Below are positions 47,416 to 56,681 of a stretch of DNA of 64,000 nucleotides, piece after piece. The stretch spans positions 2,833,834 through 2,897,833 of the forward strand of contig OZ244730.1 of the NCBI GenBank assembly GCA_965219265.1, read 5' to 3'. Made by a program: the position numbers and the translations under genes. The notes under the pieces were generated by a model, which saw only the letters and a program-made list of their open reading frames with translations, ran no database searches and was not told where the DNA came from. Source of the stretch: Arenicellales bacterium (GTDB lineage Bacteria; Pseudomonadota; Gammaproteobacteria; Arenicellales; JAJDZL01). Within the stretch, counting starts at the first letter, position 1; each line of letters opens with the position of its first letter.

Positions 47416-48789
47416 ATGAGTAACTCATCACGTCACTATAGCCATCTCGATCATGCCTATCACCTGCATTCGTTTACCGATCTGCGTAAATACGAAGAAC
47501 AACAATCCGTCGTCATACAGAAAGGAGAAGGAATTTATCTCGTTGATTCTGATGGAAAACGGTACCTTGATGCCATGTCAAGCCTGTGGTGTGCGACTCT
47601 AGGATATAGTGAAGATAGGCTTGTCAAAGCGGCACAAAACCAGTTATCGATTCTTCCATACAGCCACACTTTCCGCGGCAGGAGCAGCAGTATACTCGTC
47701 GATCTTGCGGAAAAAATCATTGAAATTTCTCCTAACCATCTAGTCAAAGTGTATTTTGCCGGATCGGGTTCCGAAGCGAATGAATCCGCAATCAAAATCG
47801 CTTGGTCTTATCACAAGTTCAACGGGAATCCTGAAAAGCGCAGAATCATATCCAGAACCAATGGCTATCATGGCTCAACGATATTTGCGACGCGGTTATC
47901 AGGCATGCCTCCAATGCATCAATATCTGAATACGGATTTACCTGATGTCATTTATGCCGACTTCCCGCATTATTCGACTGAAGCGTTGGAAAATGAGAGT
48001 GAATCCGAGTTTGCCTCTCGGTTAGCCAATCAGCTGGAAGATCAAATATTAGAATATGGCCCTGAAACGATTGCGGCGTTTATTGCAGAGCCGGTGATGG
48101 GTGTCGGTGGCGTCATTGTTCCACCTGATACTTACTTCGAAAATATCCAGTCAATATTAGATCGATACAATATTTTGCTGATCGCTGATGAGGTGGTTTG
48201 TGGATTTGGACGAACTGGAGACATGTTTGGATCAACCACATTCAATATTAAACCTGACATATTGACTGCTGCAAAAGGCATCTCTTCGGCATATTTCCCG
48301 ATTTCTGCGGTTTTGTTCACTGAAGAAATTCATGATGTACTGATTCAATCCAGCGTTCAGAAAGGCGTATTCAGTCATGGGTTTACTTACTCCGGGCATC
48401 CGGTCGGTGCTGCAGTTGCTTTAGAGACAATTGCGATATTAGAGGAAAGGGACATTCTCAATCATGTACGAACGGTCGGGCGAAAATTTCAGTCTGAAAT
48501 TCAAAATCTATACCAGATGGATTTTGTTTCCAATGTTCGCGGAATAGGCTTGATGGCTGGTTTCGACCTGATAGCCGACAAAAAAAACAATCTCAGTTTT
48601 GATCCCCATCTGAGTGTGGGTACAAAACTGATGGACATTGCCGAGCATCACGGGCTGTTTGTTCGTGCAGTTGGCGATACGATTGTTATGGCCCCGCCAC
48701 TGATTATCACTGAAGACGAAATTGACGAACTAGTTCGACGATTGACTGTGTCGTTGTTGGAAACCGATATCGCTGTTCGTGATTTGTGA
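47416..48789 (+). CDS. Class III (omega-) aminotransferase
   Basis: 457 aa with GSGSEANE, DEVVCGFGRTGDMFG and TAAKGISS (PLP lysine). Confidence 0.88.
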   Translation: MSNSSRHYSHLDHAYHLHSFTDLRKYEEQQSVVIQKGEGIYLVDSDGKRYLDAMSSLWCATLGYSEDRLVKAAQNQLSILPYSHTFRGRSSSILVDLAEKIIEISPNHLVKVYFAGSGSEANESAIKIAWSYHKFNGNPEKRRIISRTNGYHGSTIFATRLSGMPPMHQYLNTDLPDVIYADFPHYSTEALENESESEFASRLANQLEDQILEYGPETIAAFIAEPVMGVGGVIVPPDTYFENIQSILDRYNILLIADEVVCGFGRTGDMFGSTTFNIKPDILTAAKGISSAYFPISAVLFTEEIHDVLIQSSVQKGVFSHGFTYSGHPVGAAVALETIAILEERDILNHVRTVGRKFQSEIQNLYQMDFVSNVRGIGLMAGFDLIADKKNNLSFDPHLSVGTKLMDIAEHHGLFVRAVGDTIVMAPPLIITEDEIDELVRRLTVSLLETDIAVRDL

Positions 48790-48919
48790 CAATAAGATGT
48801 GGAACGGTCGGCCTGCTTGCCGCAATGCATCAAAATAAAAAAGTCACATTCAGTTACGGATTCTTAAGCTAGCTGCAAGAGTCTCATTGCCTAGCAACTC
48901 TGCTGAACTCGCTTATTCG

Positions 48920-49957
48920 TCAAGAGTTGATAAGGTCAAATGCTTCACCCCAACAATCCGAAACAAGATAGCCTTCTGGATATGGGTCGGAAGGGTCGAT
49001 TCCAATTTGGTGCATCCCGTGAATCCACCCTCTTCCGGTTATCGAAGGCACGACTGCGAGATGTCCGTAAATTTCAGTCGTTCTAAGCAATTTCACTTGA
49101 AACTGACTGTCTATGATCGAAAGCGCGGTAAAAGAATCACCTACTCGAACTTGATTTTTCGCATGCATCAACGCCAAACGCGCAGAATTTCCTGTTCCGC
49201 ACGGTGAGCGATCAACGCGACCTGGCGGCATGATAGTCGCTCCTTTCAGTTTCCCATCATTGGTGTTACTGATGAACATGACGTAGGACAGGCCGTTTAG
49301 CGCCTCAAATTCAGGGTGAATGATTTCAAGCTGCTGGTTGGCAGCTCTTTGAATCCTCGATCCAGCGTCAACCAGAGAACGAGCAAAATCCGGTTCAATG
49401 GACAAGCCGAGTATCGATGGATCAACGAGCGCATAATAAATTCCACCGAATACGATGCTGATCTCTACCTTCCCGTAGCCTTGGACTTCTAATTCCACGT
49501 CCATATTGTCGACATAACAGGGAGTCATTTCCAATTCAACATGTTCGCATTTACCGCGTGCACAGTGCGCCTGAGCTGAAACCAATCCTGCAGGAGTGTC
49601 AAGTACTACCTCGGTTAATGGCTCTTTCATCTCAATAATTCCGGTTTCCAGTAGCACTGTAACTGTACAAATGGCATTGGACCCTGACATTGCATGTGCT
49701 TTGTCACCTTGGAGGACAATCATTCCAGCATCCGCTTCAGGTGTTGTTGACGGAAGCAGTAGAACAGTACTCATCTGTGCACATCCGCGCGGCTCATAAA
49801 CCAAGAATCTTCTTAGTGTGTCGCCATCACTGTTCATGTAATGGAGCTTCTCAACCATTGTTGATCCGGGGATGTTTATGACACCAGCGGTCACGACGCG
49901 GCCGACTTCGCCTTCCGCGTGTGCTTCAACCATGGTTACGGATTTCGACCAGCGCAT
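48920..49957 (-). CDS. Proline racemase / hydroxyproline epimerase family protein with a Ser/Cys catalytic pair
   Basis: MVEAHAEGEVGRVV N-terminus. The first catalytic position reads AMSGSNAI (Ser where racemases have Cys). The second is DRSPCGTGNSARLA (Cys retained). The ORF is open to 50020, but Met 49957 fits the family N-terminus. Confidence 0.8.
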   Translation of the reverse strand: MRWSKSVTMVEAHAEGEVGRVVTAGVINIPGSTMVEKLHYMNSDGDTLRRFLVYEPRGCAQMSTVLLLPSTTPEADAGMIVLQGDKAHAMSGSNAICTVTVLLETGIIEMKEPLTEVVLDTPAGLVSAQAHCARGKCEHVELEMTPCYVDNMDVELEVQGYGKVEISIVFGGIYYALVDPSILGLSIEPDFARSLVDAGSRIQRAANQQLEIIHPEFEALNGLSYVMFISNTNDGKLKGATIMPPGRVDRSPCGTGNSARLALMHAKNQVRVGDSFTALSIIDSQFQVKLLRTTEIYGHLAVVPSITGRGWIHGMHQIGIDPSDPYPEGYLVSDCWGEAFDLINS

Positions 49958-50096
49958 ATCTGATAAAGAGAAAATGATTCCGAATAGTATGTAATCAGTT
50001 TGAAATTGTAGCAGATGCAAACCATTTCAAATTTCGCCGAATGTACGCTAAATTGTGTCAGTTACAAACTCACAATTTTTCAGCACTAGGATTCAA

Positions 50097-50837
50097 ATGA
50101 ACCGATTGGAACAGAAAACAGTATTTATGACAGCTGCCGGAATGGGTATCGGTCGGGCTTGTGCAATCGCAATGGCGCATGAAGGCGCGATTGTTTATGC
50201 GTCAGACATCGACAAACCCTCCTTGGACAGTTTAAGTAAGGAGGGTGAAAACATTCGATGCCTTGAGCTTGATGTGACTGATTCGCAGGCCATTGCCAGA
50301 TTGCCTGAATCAGTACCGACACCGAATATTCTATTTAACTGCGCTGGTTATGTTCATGATGGAACATTGCTGGATGCTGATGACGAAGTTTGGCTGAAAT
50401 CATTCGAGATCAATGTCCGAAGCCATGCGCGGGTAATTGAGACATTTATTCATGCCATGATTGAAAATGGTGGCGGTTCCATCATCAACATGGCGAGCGT
50501 CGCTTCAGCAATTACAGGAACGGCCAGTCGATGTGTCTACAGTGCAACCAAAGGCGCAGTGCTCGGTCTGACTAAATCAATTGCGCGAGATTTTGTCGAC
50601 AAAGGTATCCGGTGCAATGCTGTTTGTCCGGGCACTGTACTGACGCCATCGCTGAAGGCACGGTTGCGTGCGCGCGGAGACTATGAAAAAGCCTTTCAGG
50701 AAGTGTTGAATCGTCAGCCGAATCGGGAAATGGCGCAACCGGAAGATATCGCGCCGATTGTTGTTTATCTAGCCTCTGATGAGTCAAAGGTAGCGACGGG
50801 ACAATTCTTTGTCATAGATGGCGGCTGGACAATCTAG
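50097..50837 (+). CDS. Short-chain dehydrogenase/reductase (SDR)
   Basis: TAAGMGIGRA cofactor motif, NMASV and YSATKGAV catalytic motif. ORF open from 50055. Confidence 0.88.
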   Translation: MNRLEQKTVFMTAAGMGIGRACAIAMAHEGAIVYASDIDKPSLDSLSKEGENIRCLELDVTDSQAIARLPESVPTPNILFNCAGYVHDGTLLDADDEVWLKSFEINVRSHARVIETFIHAMIENGGGSIINMASVASAITGTASRCVYSATKGAVLGLTKSIARDFVDKGIRCNAVCPGTVLTPSLKARLRARGDYEKAFQEVLNRQPNREMAQPEDIAPIVVYLASDESKVATGQFFVIDGGWTI

Positions 50838-50840
50838 CGC

Positions 50841-51755
50841 ATGGGCAAGGTCGAGAAAATCGCCGTGTTCGGATTGGGTGCAATGGGATTCGGTATGGCT
50901 TCAAATCTGCTCAAAGCGGGATATCCAGTCTCTGTGACTGTGCATCGCAACATTCGGACAGTCGAATTGCTCGAAGAGCAAGGAGCCCTTGAATGCGAAT
51001 CAAAGCGGGAGGCGGTTGACTCAAGTGACATCATTCTTCTTTGTTTACCAAATTCTGCTGATGTGAAGAGTGTAATTGATGAGGTATTGCCTTCACTGAA
51101 TCCGAGGCACCTGGTAGTGGATACGGGAACCTCGTCAGTTGTGCAAACGAGGAATCTTGCGGAACGTCTGGAATTGCAGGGGATCAAGTTTGCCGAATCA
51201 CCGGTAGCAGGTGGAAAATTGCAGGCGGAAGCGGCTGAGCTTGGCGCATTCGTAGGTAGCAGCAGTGAAACTTTTCACAGGGTTGAGCCCGTTCTTGAGT
51301 CGTTCTGTAGTTCAATCATGCATTTTGGTGAGGTCGGGGCTGGCGGCCGTGCCAAGTTAATCAGCAATTATCTTGTACTCGGCATGGTACGGTTGATTAT
51401 CGAAACTTTCCATGCGGCGAATGAGTTGGAAATAGACTGGGAGAAGTTCTATCGCATCATCTGTTTGGGATCAGGCAACTCAGTAGCGCTTCAGCGAATG
51501 ATTGGCAGCATCATGGACAGCCACAACCATAAGGGTTATGTCTTCAGTGTACAGAATGCTTGGAAAGATCTTCAATATATCGCTGAATTGAGTAAGGAGT
51601 ACGGACTGGAATCAACGTTGAGCGATTCGCCTCGGAAGCTGTTTCGGAATGCGACTAAAGCAGGGTTTGGTGATCTGATGGTTTCAGAACTGCTTCAAGA
51701 CGATATTGGTAGGATGCTAACTGAGCTACTGGCGATAGACGCGGAGTTTGATTAA
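50841..51755 (+). CDS. NAD(P)-dependent beta-hydroxyacid dehydrogenase (3-hydroxyisobutyrate/6-phosphogluconate dehydrogenase-like)
   Basis: IAVFGLGAMGFGMASNL Rossmann motif, 304 aa. Confidence 0.8.
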   Translation: MGKVEKIAVFGLGAMGFGMASNLLKAGYPVSVTVHRNIRTVELLEEQGALECESKREAVDSSDIILLCLPNSADVKSVIDEVLPSLNPRHLVVDTGTSSVVQTRNLAERLELQGIKFAESPVAGGKLQAEAAELGAFVGSSSETFHRVEPVLESFCSSIMHFGEVGAGGRAKLISNYLVLGMVRLIIETFHAANELEIDWEKFYRIICLGSGNSVALQRMIGSIMDSHNHKGYVFSVQNAWKDLQYIAELSKEYGLESTLSDSPRKLFRNATKAGFGDLMVSELLQDDIGRMLTELLAIDAEFD

Positions 51756-51780
51756 AAAATGAAAATGCTTGGTAGAAAAT

Positions 51781-53322
51781 TCATTTGCTTCTTTCACGGA
51801 CAGGCAGCGTAGATTTTTTAGGCGGTTGACAACCGGTATCACAACATTGCCCCGGCTGGGCTGTTTGACTAGTAGAGTTTTCGTGAACTCCCCTTTCCAT
51901 CAGTCGCTGCACGAATTCCGATTTCTCGGCTACTGGGTATTTTCTGTAAATTTCTCGTTTCAATGCTTCCGGCGATCCGCCTCCATGAACGCTGATAACT
52001 GAATACCACGCCCCGGAATGGGATGCCGTCAAATCCTCGATTAATCTGGCAACAGACGCGCGGCGGTGAGGAGGGATATCCGGGCTGGCCGACATGAGAG
52101 TATCTAGCTTGTCCATAGTATCCGGATTATGGTCGTCGTCTGGATGCGGCAATGTCACAATCAATCCTCCGGATACAGTATTGGCAATCCTGTGCATGTC
52201 ATAGATCGAACTCGCCAACATCAGTTTTCCGATATTGGAGTAAACAGAATCCGGTTCGCAGTTGCCAGCATCGGTCGTAGTGCTGTAAACCGATGCGGAA
52301 ACTCCGCAGGCATAGAAACTCTCGACAGTTTTGATCAGGTCGACCATTGAATCCCGAAGGTGTGGTTCCGCATCTACATCAAGCCCGTTGGTCTCGATCA
52401 TCATTCCGGATGCACCGATCAGTAAGTCGCCAAAGCCTGCTCTCGCACCGATGCAGGTATGTCGGTGATGGTTTGCGTAGGATTTGGTCAAGTGTTCGGC
52501 ATATTGCCATTCTCCGCACATGTATACCCGGTCATAAGGAACAAATACGTTCTCGAAAATGCAAACGCCTGTTGACTGACCAAATCGGTTGCTGAATTCT
52601 GCTGACGCATCCCCCGGCCTGCCGGCAGGTCTTGCTATCACTGTCAGACCCTGAGCATCAATCGGTACCTGGCAAGCTACCGCGAAATCCTTGTCTTCCA
52701 GGGTCATGTTACGTCCAGGTAAAACAAAAAGCTCATGAACGTAGGGCGCCGCAGTGACGATTGCCTTGACGCCGGAAATTTCAATGCCGTCTGGCCGTCT
52801 CCTTACCACTCGTACATGGCTGTCGAGTTTAGGCTGTTCGCTTGGTCTCAGGGAACGGTCACCTTTGGCGTCGGTCATGGCAATGCCGACTGTCAAATCC
52901 AGGTCTTGTATTCTATGCATCTGCTCCACAAGGCGGGAACTGTATTCCGTTCCAAGTTCCGCATCCATGCGGAAAGTTGATTGAAACAAAGCGTTTAGCC
53001 CGTCCATGGAAAGATAGCGCATCGCGCAACCGGTTAGTTGACACAGCGCACGAACATATTCGAGTTTGGAAAGCAGGTCATCTGCACTTCGATTGATGTG
53101 TACAAATCGGTTGACAGTTTTGCCGGATGTGTGCTGTTCGGCAAGGGCATACTCTTGGTGCTCCGATAGCCTGGCAAAATCATATGTCATGCCGATTGCG
53201 TTCACTCCGGGCACTAGCATGGGATGATTGACGACACTATCGACTTTAGCTCCCCGAACGTAAACGTTAGGGTTGTATTCGCGTAATGAATCACAGTAGT
53301 CCTGCGATGACATCAGGTTCAT
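51781..53322 (-). CDS. HpaB/AbfD-family protein (4-hydroxyphenylacetate 3-hydroxylase / 4-hydroxybutyryl-CoA dehydratase family)
   Basis: 513 aa, family-typical length and SVHGGGSPEA motif near the C-terminus, plus a Cys-rich tail (QPGQCCDTGCQPP). Confidence 0.65.
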   Translation of the reverse strand: MNLMSSQDYCDSLREYNPNVYVRGAKVDSVVNHPMLVPGVNAIGMTYDFARLSEHQEYALAEQHTSGKTVNRFVHINRSADDLLSKLEYVRALCQLTGCAMRYLSMDGLNALFQSTFRMDAELGTEYSSRLVEQMHRIQDLDLTVGIAMTDAKGDRSLRPSEQPKLDSHVRVVRRRPDGIEISGVKAIVTAAPYVHELFVLPGRNMTLEDKDFAVACQVPIDAQGLTVIARPAGRPGDASAEFSNRFGQSTGVCIFENVFVPYDRVYMCGEWQYAEHLTKSYANHHRHTCIGARAGFGDLLIGASGMMIETNGLDVDAEPHLRDSMVDLIKTVESFYACGVSASVYSTTTDAGNCEPDSVYSNIGKLMLASSIYDMHRIANTVSGGLIVTLPHPDDDHNPDTMDKLDTLMSASPDIPPHRRASVARLIEDLTASHSGAWYSVISVHGGGSPEALKREIYRKYPVAEKSEFVQRLMERGVHENSTSQTAQPGQCCDTGCQPPKKSTLPVRERSK

Positions 53323-53376
53323 TTGAACAATCCTTCTATTGTTGCGGTTTGACTACGCTAATTGGTACTTGACATA

Positions 53377-54201
53377 TCAGTCCGGGTGAAATTCCACACT
53401 TGCGCTTCCTTTGCGCAGCTCTTTCTTCCAAGAAAACCCATAGACGTATTCAATACTGAGCCCAAGTTCACCACTATCTAGGGAAGAACGCCGATATGCT
53501 TTTTCCAAACTTGATTGTACTCTTTTCGACGAAAGTTCTTGAGTGTTACTCAAAAGTGCGGAATGAATCCCACAGTAGCGCAGGTTCTCAATCAGCGAGC
53601 TGATGTCGTTAAAGCGGTATTTGATTGTCTCGACATCGACTACCGGATTCGTGTATCCGGTCGCTAGAAGAAGGTCGCCTATGTCATGCATGTCATGGAA
53701 TTCGAATTGAAAACCTGATTGTTTGAGCGCTGAATATGCATCTCTTAACTCGCGAAAAGAGTTCTGCCCAAATATCGAAAACATCAACACTCCTTCATGA
53801 CGAAGAATGCGATGACACTCGGAAAAGAAACGCTGCGGGTCAAAAAATGAAGATGCCAGATTCGAAACTGTGAGATCAACCGAATTGGATTGTAGCGGCA
53901 CCGCATCAATTTCTGAAACAATGACGGATGCGTTTTTGTCCTTCAGTCTCGATTTGGCGAGCTCGGCCATTCTTTGCGATTCATCGAAACTGTAAATCGT
54001 CGCTTCATTTTTCTGTGACAGCAGCAGTTCGCTGACTCGTCCGCTACGACACCCCAGTTCAACGATTCGAGATGGAGAAAACTGAATATCTTGGAGGCGC
54101 TCAGACAATTCAATCGCCGATGCGTCAAAGAAGTTGGAACACTGATCGTAATGCGATGCGGCGCTATCAAGATCAATCCGATATTGACAGCGATCAATCA
54201 T
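53377..54201 (-). CDS. Class I SAM-dependent methyltransferase, BioC-like
   Basis: IVELGCRSGRVSE SAM motif, VDLTVSNLA, MFSIFGQNSFRELRDAY and HDIGDLLLATGYTNPVVD blocks resembling malonyl-ACP O-methyltransferase. ATGA overlap with coaE. Confidence 0.55.
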   Translation of the reverse strand: MIDRCQYRIDLDSAASHYDQCSNFFDASAIELSERLQDIQFSPSRIVELGCRSGRVSELLLSQKNEATIYSFDESQRMAELAKSRLKDKNASVIVSEIDAVPLQSNSVDLTVSNLASSFFDPQRFFSECHRILRHEGVLMFSIFGQNSFRELRDAYSALKQSGFQFEFHDMHDIGDLLLATGYTNPVVDVETIKYRFNDISSLIENLRYCGIHSALLSNTQELSSKRVQSSLEKAYRRSSLDSGELGLSIEYVYGFSWKKELRKGSASVEFHPD

Positions 54202-54812
54202 GTCACGGTTTGGTTCGATTTGTGAGCGTGCTCAAGGTAGGTTAAATGCATGGCGTTGACCCGCTCGTACAAATCATCTTTTGAGCCGATGTTCTCAATG
54301 ACATCGTCGGCAATCGTCAGCCGAGAGTGCCGCGATGCCTGGGAACTGATGATCCGCTCGACTTCCTCCGTTGATTGATCATCTCGAGTTGTAACTCGGC
54401 TGATTTGAACATCACTCGGTACATCAATTACCAATATGCGGTCGAGTGGATATTCACGATTGCTCTCCGCTAGCAAGGGAATGACAACAATGGCATAGGA
54501 GGTTGACAATTCAGACAGCAATCGAAGGATTTCAGCGTAAATTCTTGGATGCAGAATAGCTTCCAGCTGAGATTTGCGGTTTGAATCTGAAAATATTATT
54601 TTCCGAAGCTCTGCCCGATCCAGTTCTCCCCGGTCGTTGGCAACGCTTTCTCCGAATGCATTGATGATTTCCTGAAGAGCCGGCATTCCAGGTTCAACAA
54701 TCTGCCGTGCAACCACATCAGCATCAATAACTGGAACTCCCAGTTGCCTGAATCGATCTGCTGCCGTGGATTTGCCGCTGCCGATTCCTCCGGTAACGCC
54801 AACTGTAAACAT
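54198..54812 (-). CDS. coaE: Dephospho-CoA kinase CoaE
   Basis: VGVTGGIGSGKST P-loop, 204 aa. Confidence 0.92.
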   Translation of the reverse strand: MFTVGVTGGIGSGKSTAADRFRQLGVPVIDADVVARQIVEPGMPALQEIINAFGESVANDRGELDRAELRKIIFSDSNRKSQLEAILHPRIYAEILRLLSELSTSYAIVVIPLLAESNREYPLDRILVIDVPSDVQISRVTTRDDQSTEEVERIISSQASRHSRLTIADDVIENIGSKDDLYERVNAMHLTYLEHAHKSNQTVT

Positions 54813-54831
54813 CAGTCAGTTCTTCTTAAGC

Positions 54832-55917
54832 TCATGTAGTCACACTGTCGATGACTGCACCACCGAGACAGCAGTCGTTGTCATAGAACACAATTGACTG
54901 CCCAGGAGTTGCTGCACGAACAGGTTCAGCGAACTCAACGTAGGCACCAGACTCATTCGAATGACTGACTAAGCACCCATTCTCGTTCCCTTGATAACGT
55001 ATTTTTGCCTGCACTTCAATCGGTAAGTCGACATTCTGTGATATCCAGTTTACATCGGAGATATTTAAAACTCGGCTATATAGCATAGGATGGTCATGTC
55101 CCTGCACCGCAACGACAGTATTGGTGCGGATGTCTTTTCTTGCGACATACCAAGCATCGCCGGGACCGCCGATTCCGAGACCAGTTCGTTGACCGATTGT
55201 GTATAGAAATGCGCCATTGTGCTTGCCAAGAACCGTTCCCGAGGAATTTGTAATGACGCCGTCATTGGATGGCAGATACTGGCTGATGAAAGTGCCAAAA
55301 TTTCTTCGTCCAATAAAGCAGATTCCAGTACTGCCCTTTTTGTCGTGATTTCCGAAACCCAACTGTTGCGCCTTCACGCGCACTTGATCTTTGGTCATCT
55401 CGCCAATCGGAAAGATGGCTTTCTGCAGAGCACTCGAATTCAGTCCATAGAGAAAATAGGTCTGATCCTTGTCTTTGTCACTGCCCTTCAGGAGATGAAG
55501 TTGGTTACTGCTACGCGATATGCGTGCGTAGTGTCCGGTCGCGATGAAATCGGCGCCCAGTTTCATTGCCCACTTGGGGAATTCTCGAAATTTGATTTCC
55601 ACATTGCAAATGATGTCTGGATTGGGTGTGCGACCTGACTTCAGGTCTTCCAGAAAGCCGACAAACACTCGTTCCCAGTATTCGTAAGAGAAGTTGACGG
55701 TTTTCAGGGGAATTCCCAGTGTTTCGCATACGACTTCAGCGTCCGCCAAATCCTGAGCTGAATTGCACTCGCCATCATCATCGTCGTCCTCCCAATTCTT
55801 CATGAAGAGCCCGGTCACTTGATATCCCTGCTCCAAGAGCAATGCAGCCGAAACGGAGGAGTCGACCCCTCCAGACATGCCGACGACTACGTTCTTTGAA
55901 TTTTTGGAAAGCATCAC
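54832..55917 (-). CDS. mnmA: tRNA 2-thiouridine(34) synthase MnmA
   Basis: PP-loop VVGMSGGVDSSVSA, NPDIICN, GHYAR. Confidence 0.95.
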   Translation of the reverse strand: MMLSKNSKNVVVGMSGGVDSSVSAALLLEQGYQVTGLFMKNWEDDDDDGECNSAQDLADAEVVCETLGIPLKTVNFSYEYWERVFVGFLEDLKSGRTPNPDIICNVEIKFREFPKWAMKLGADFIATGHYARISRSSNQLHLLKGSDKDKDQTYFLYGLNSSALQKAIFPIGEMTKDQVRVKAQQLGFGNHDKKGSTGICFIGRRNFGTFISQYLPSNDGVITNSSGTVLGKHNGAFLYTIGQRTGLGIGGPGDAWYVARKDIRTNTVVAVQGHDHPMLYSRVLNISDVNWISQNVDLPIEVQAKIRYQGNENGCLVSHSNESGAYVEFAEPVRAATPGQSIVFYDNDCCLGGAVIDSVTT

Positions 55918-56026
55918 TGCTGTGCCTTTCTGAAAGGAAATTAGTATTGGTTATAGAGTAGCAAGCATCTGCCAGTCGATTCGAGTCTGGTGTTGCTTGT
56001 GTTGCACCGTAAATTCTCAATCGCTA

Positions 56027-56638
<612 letters not shown>

Positions 56639-56681
56639 TCACATTAAGATAAGCGAGGCAAATTTAGTCTCGTTATAACTG

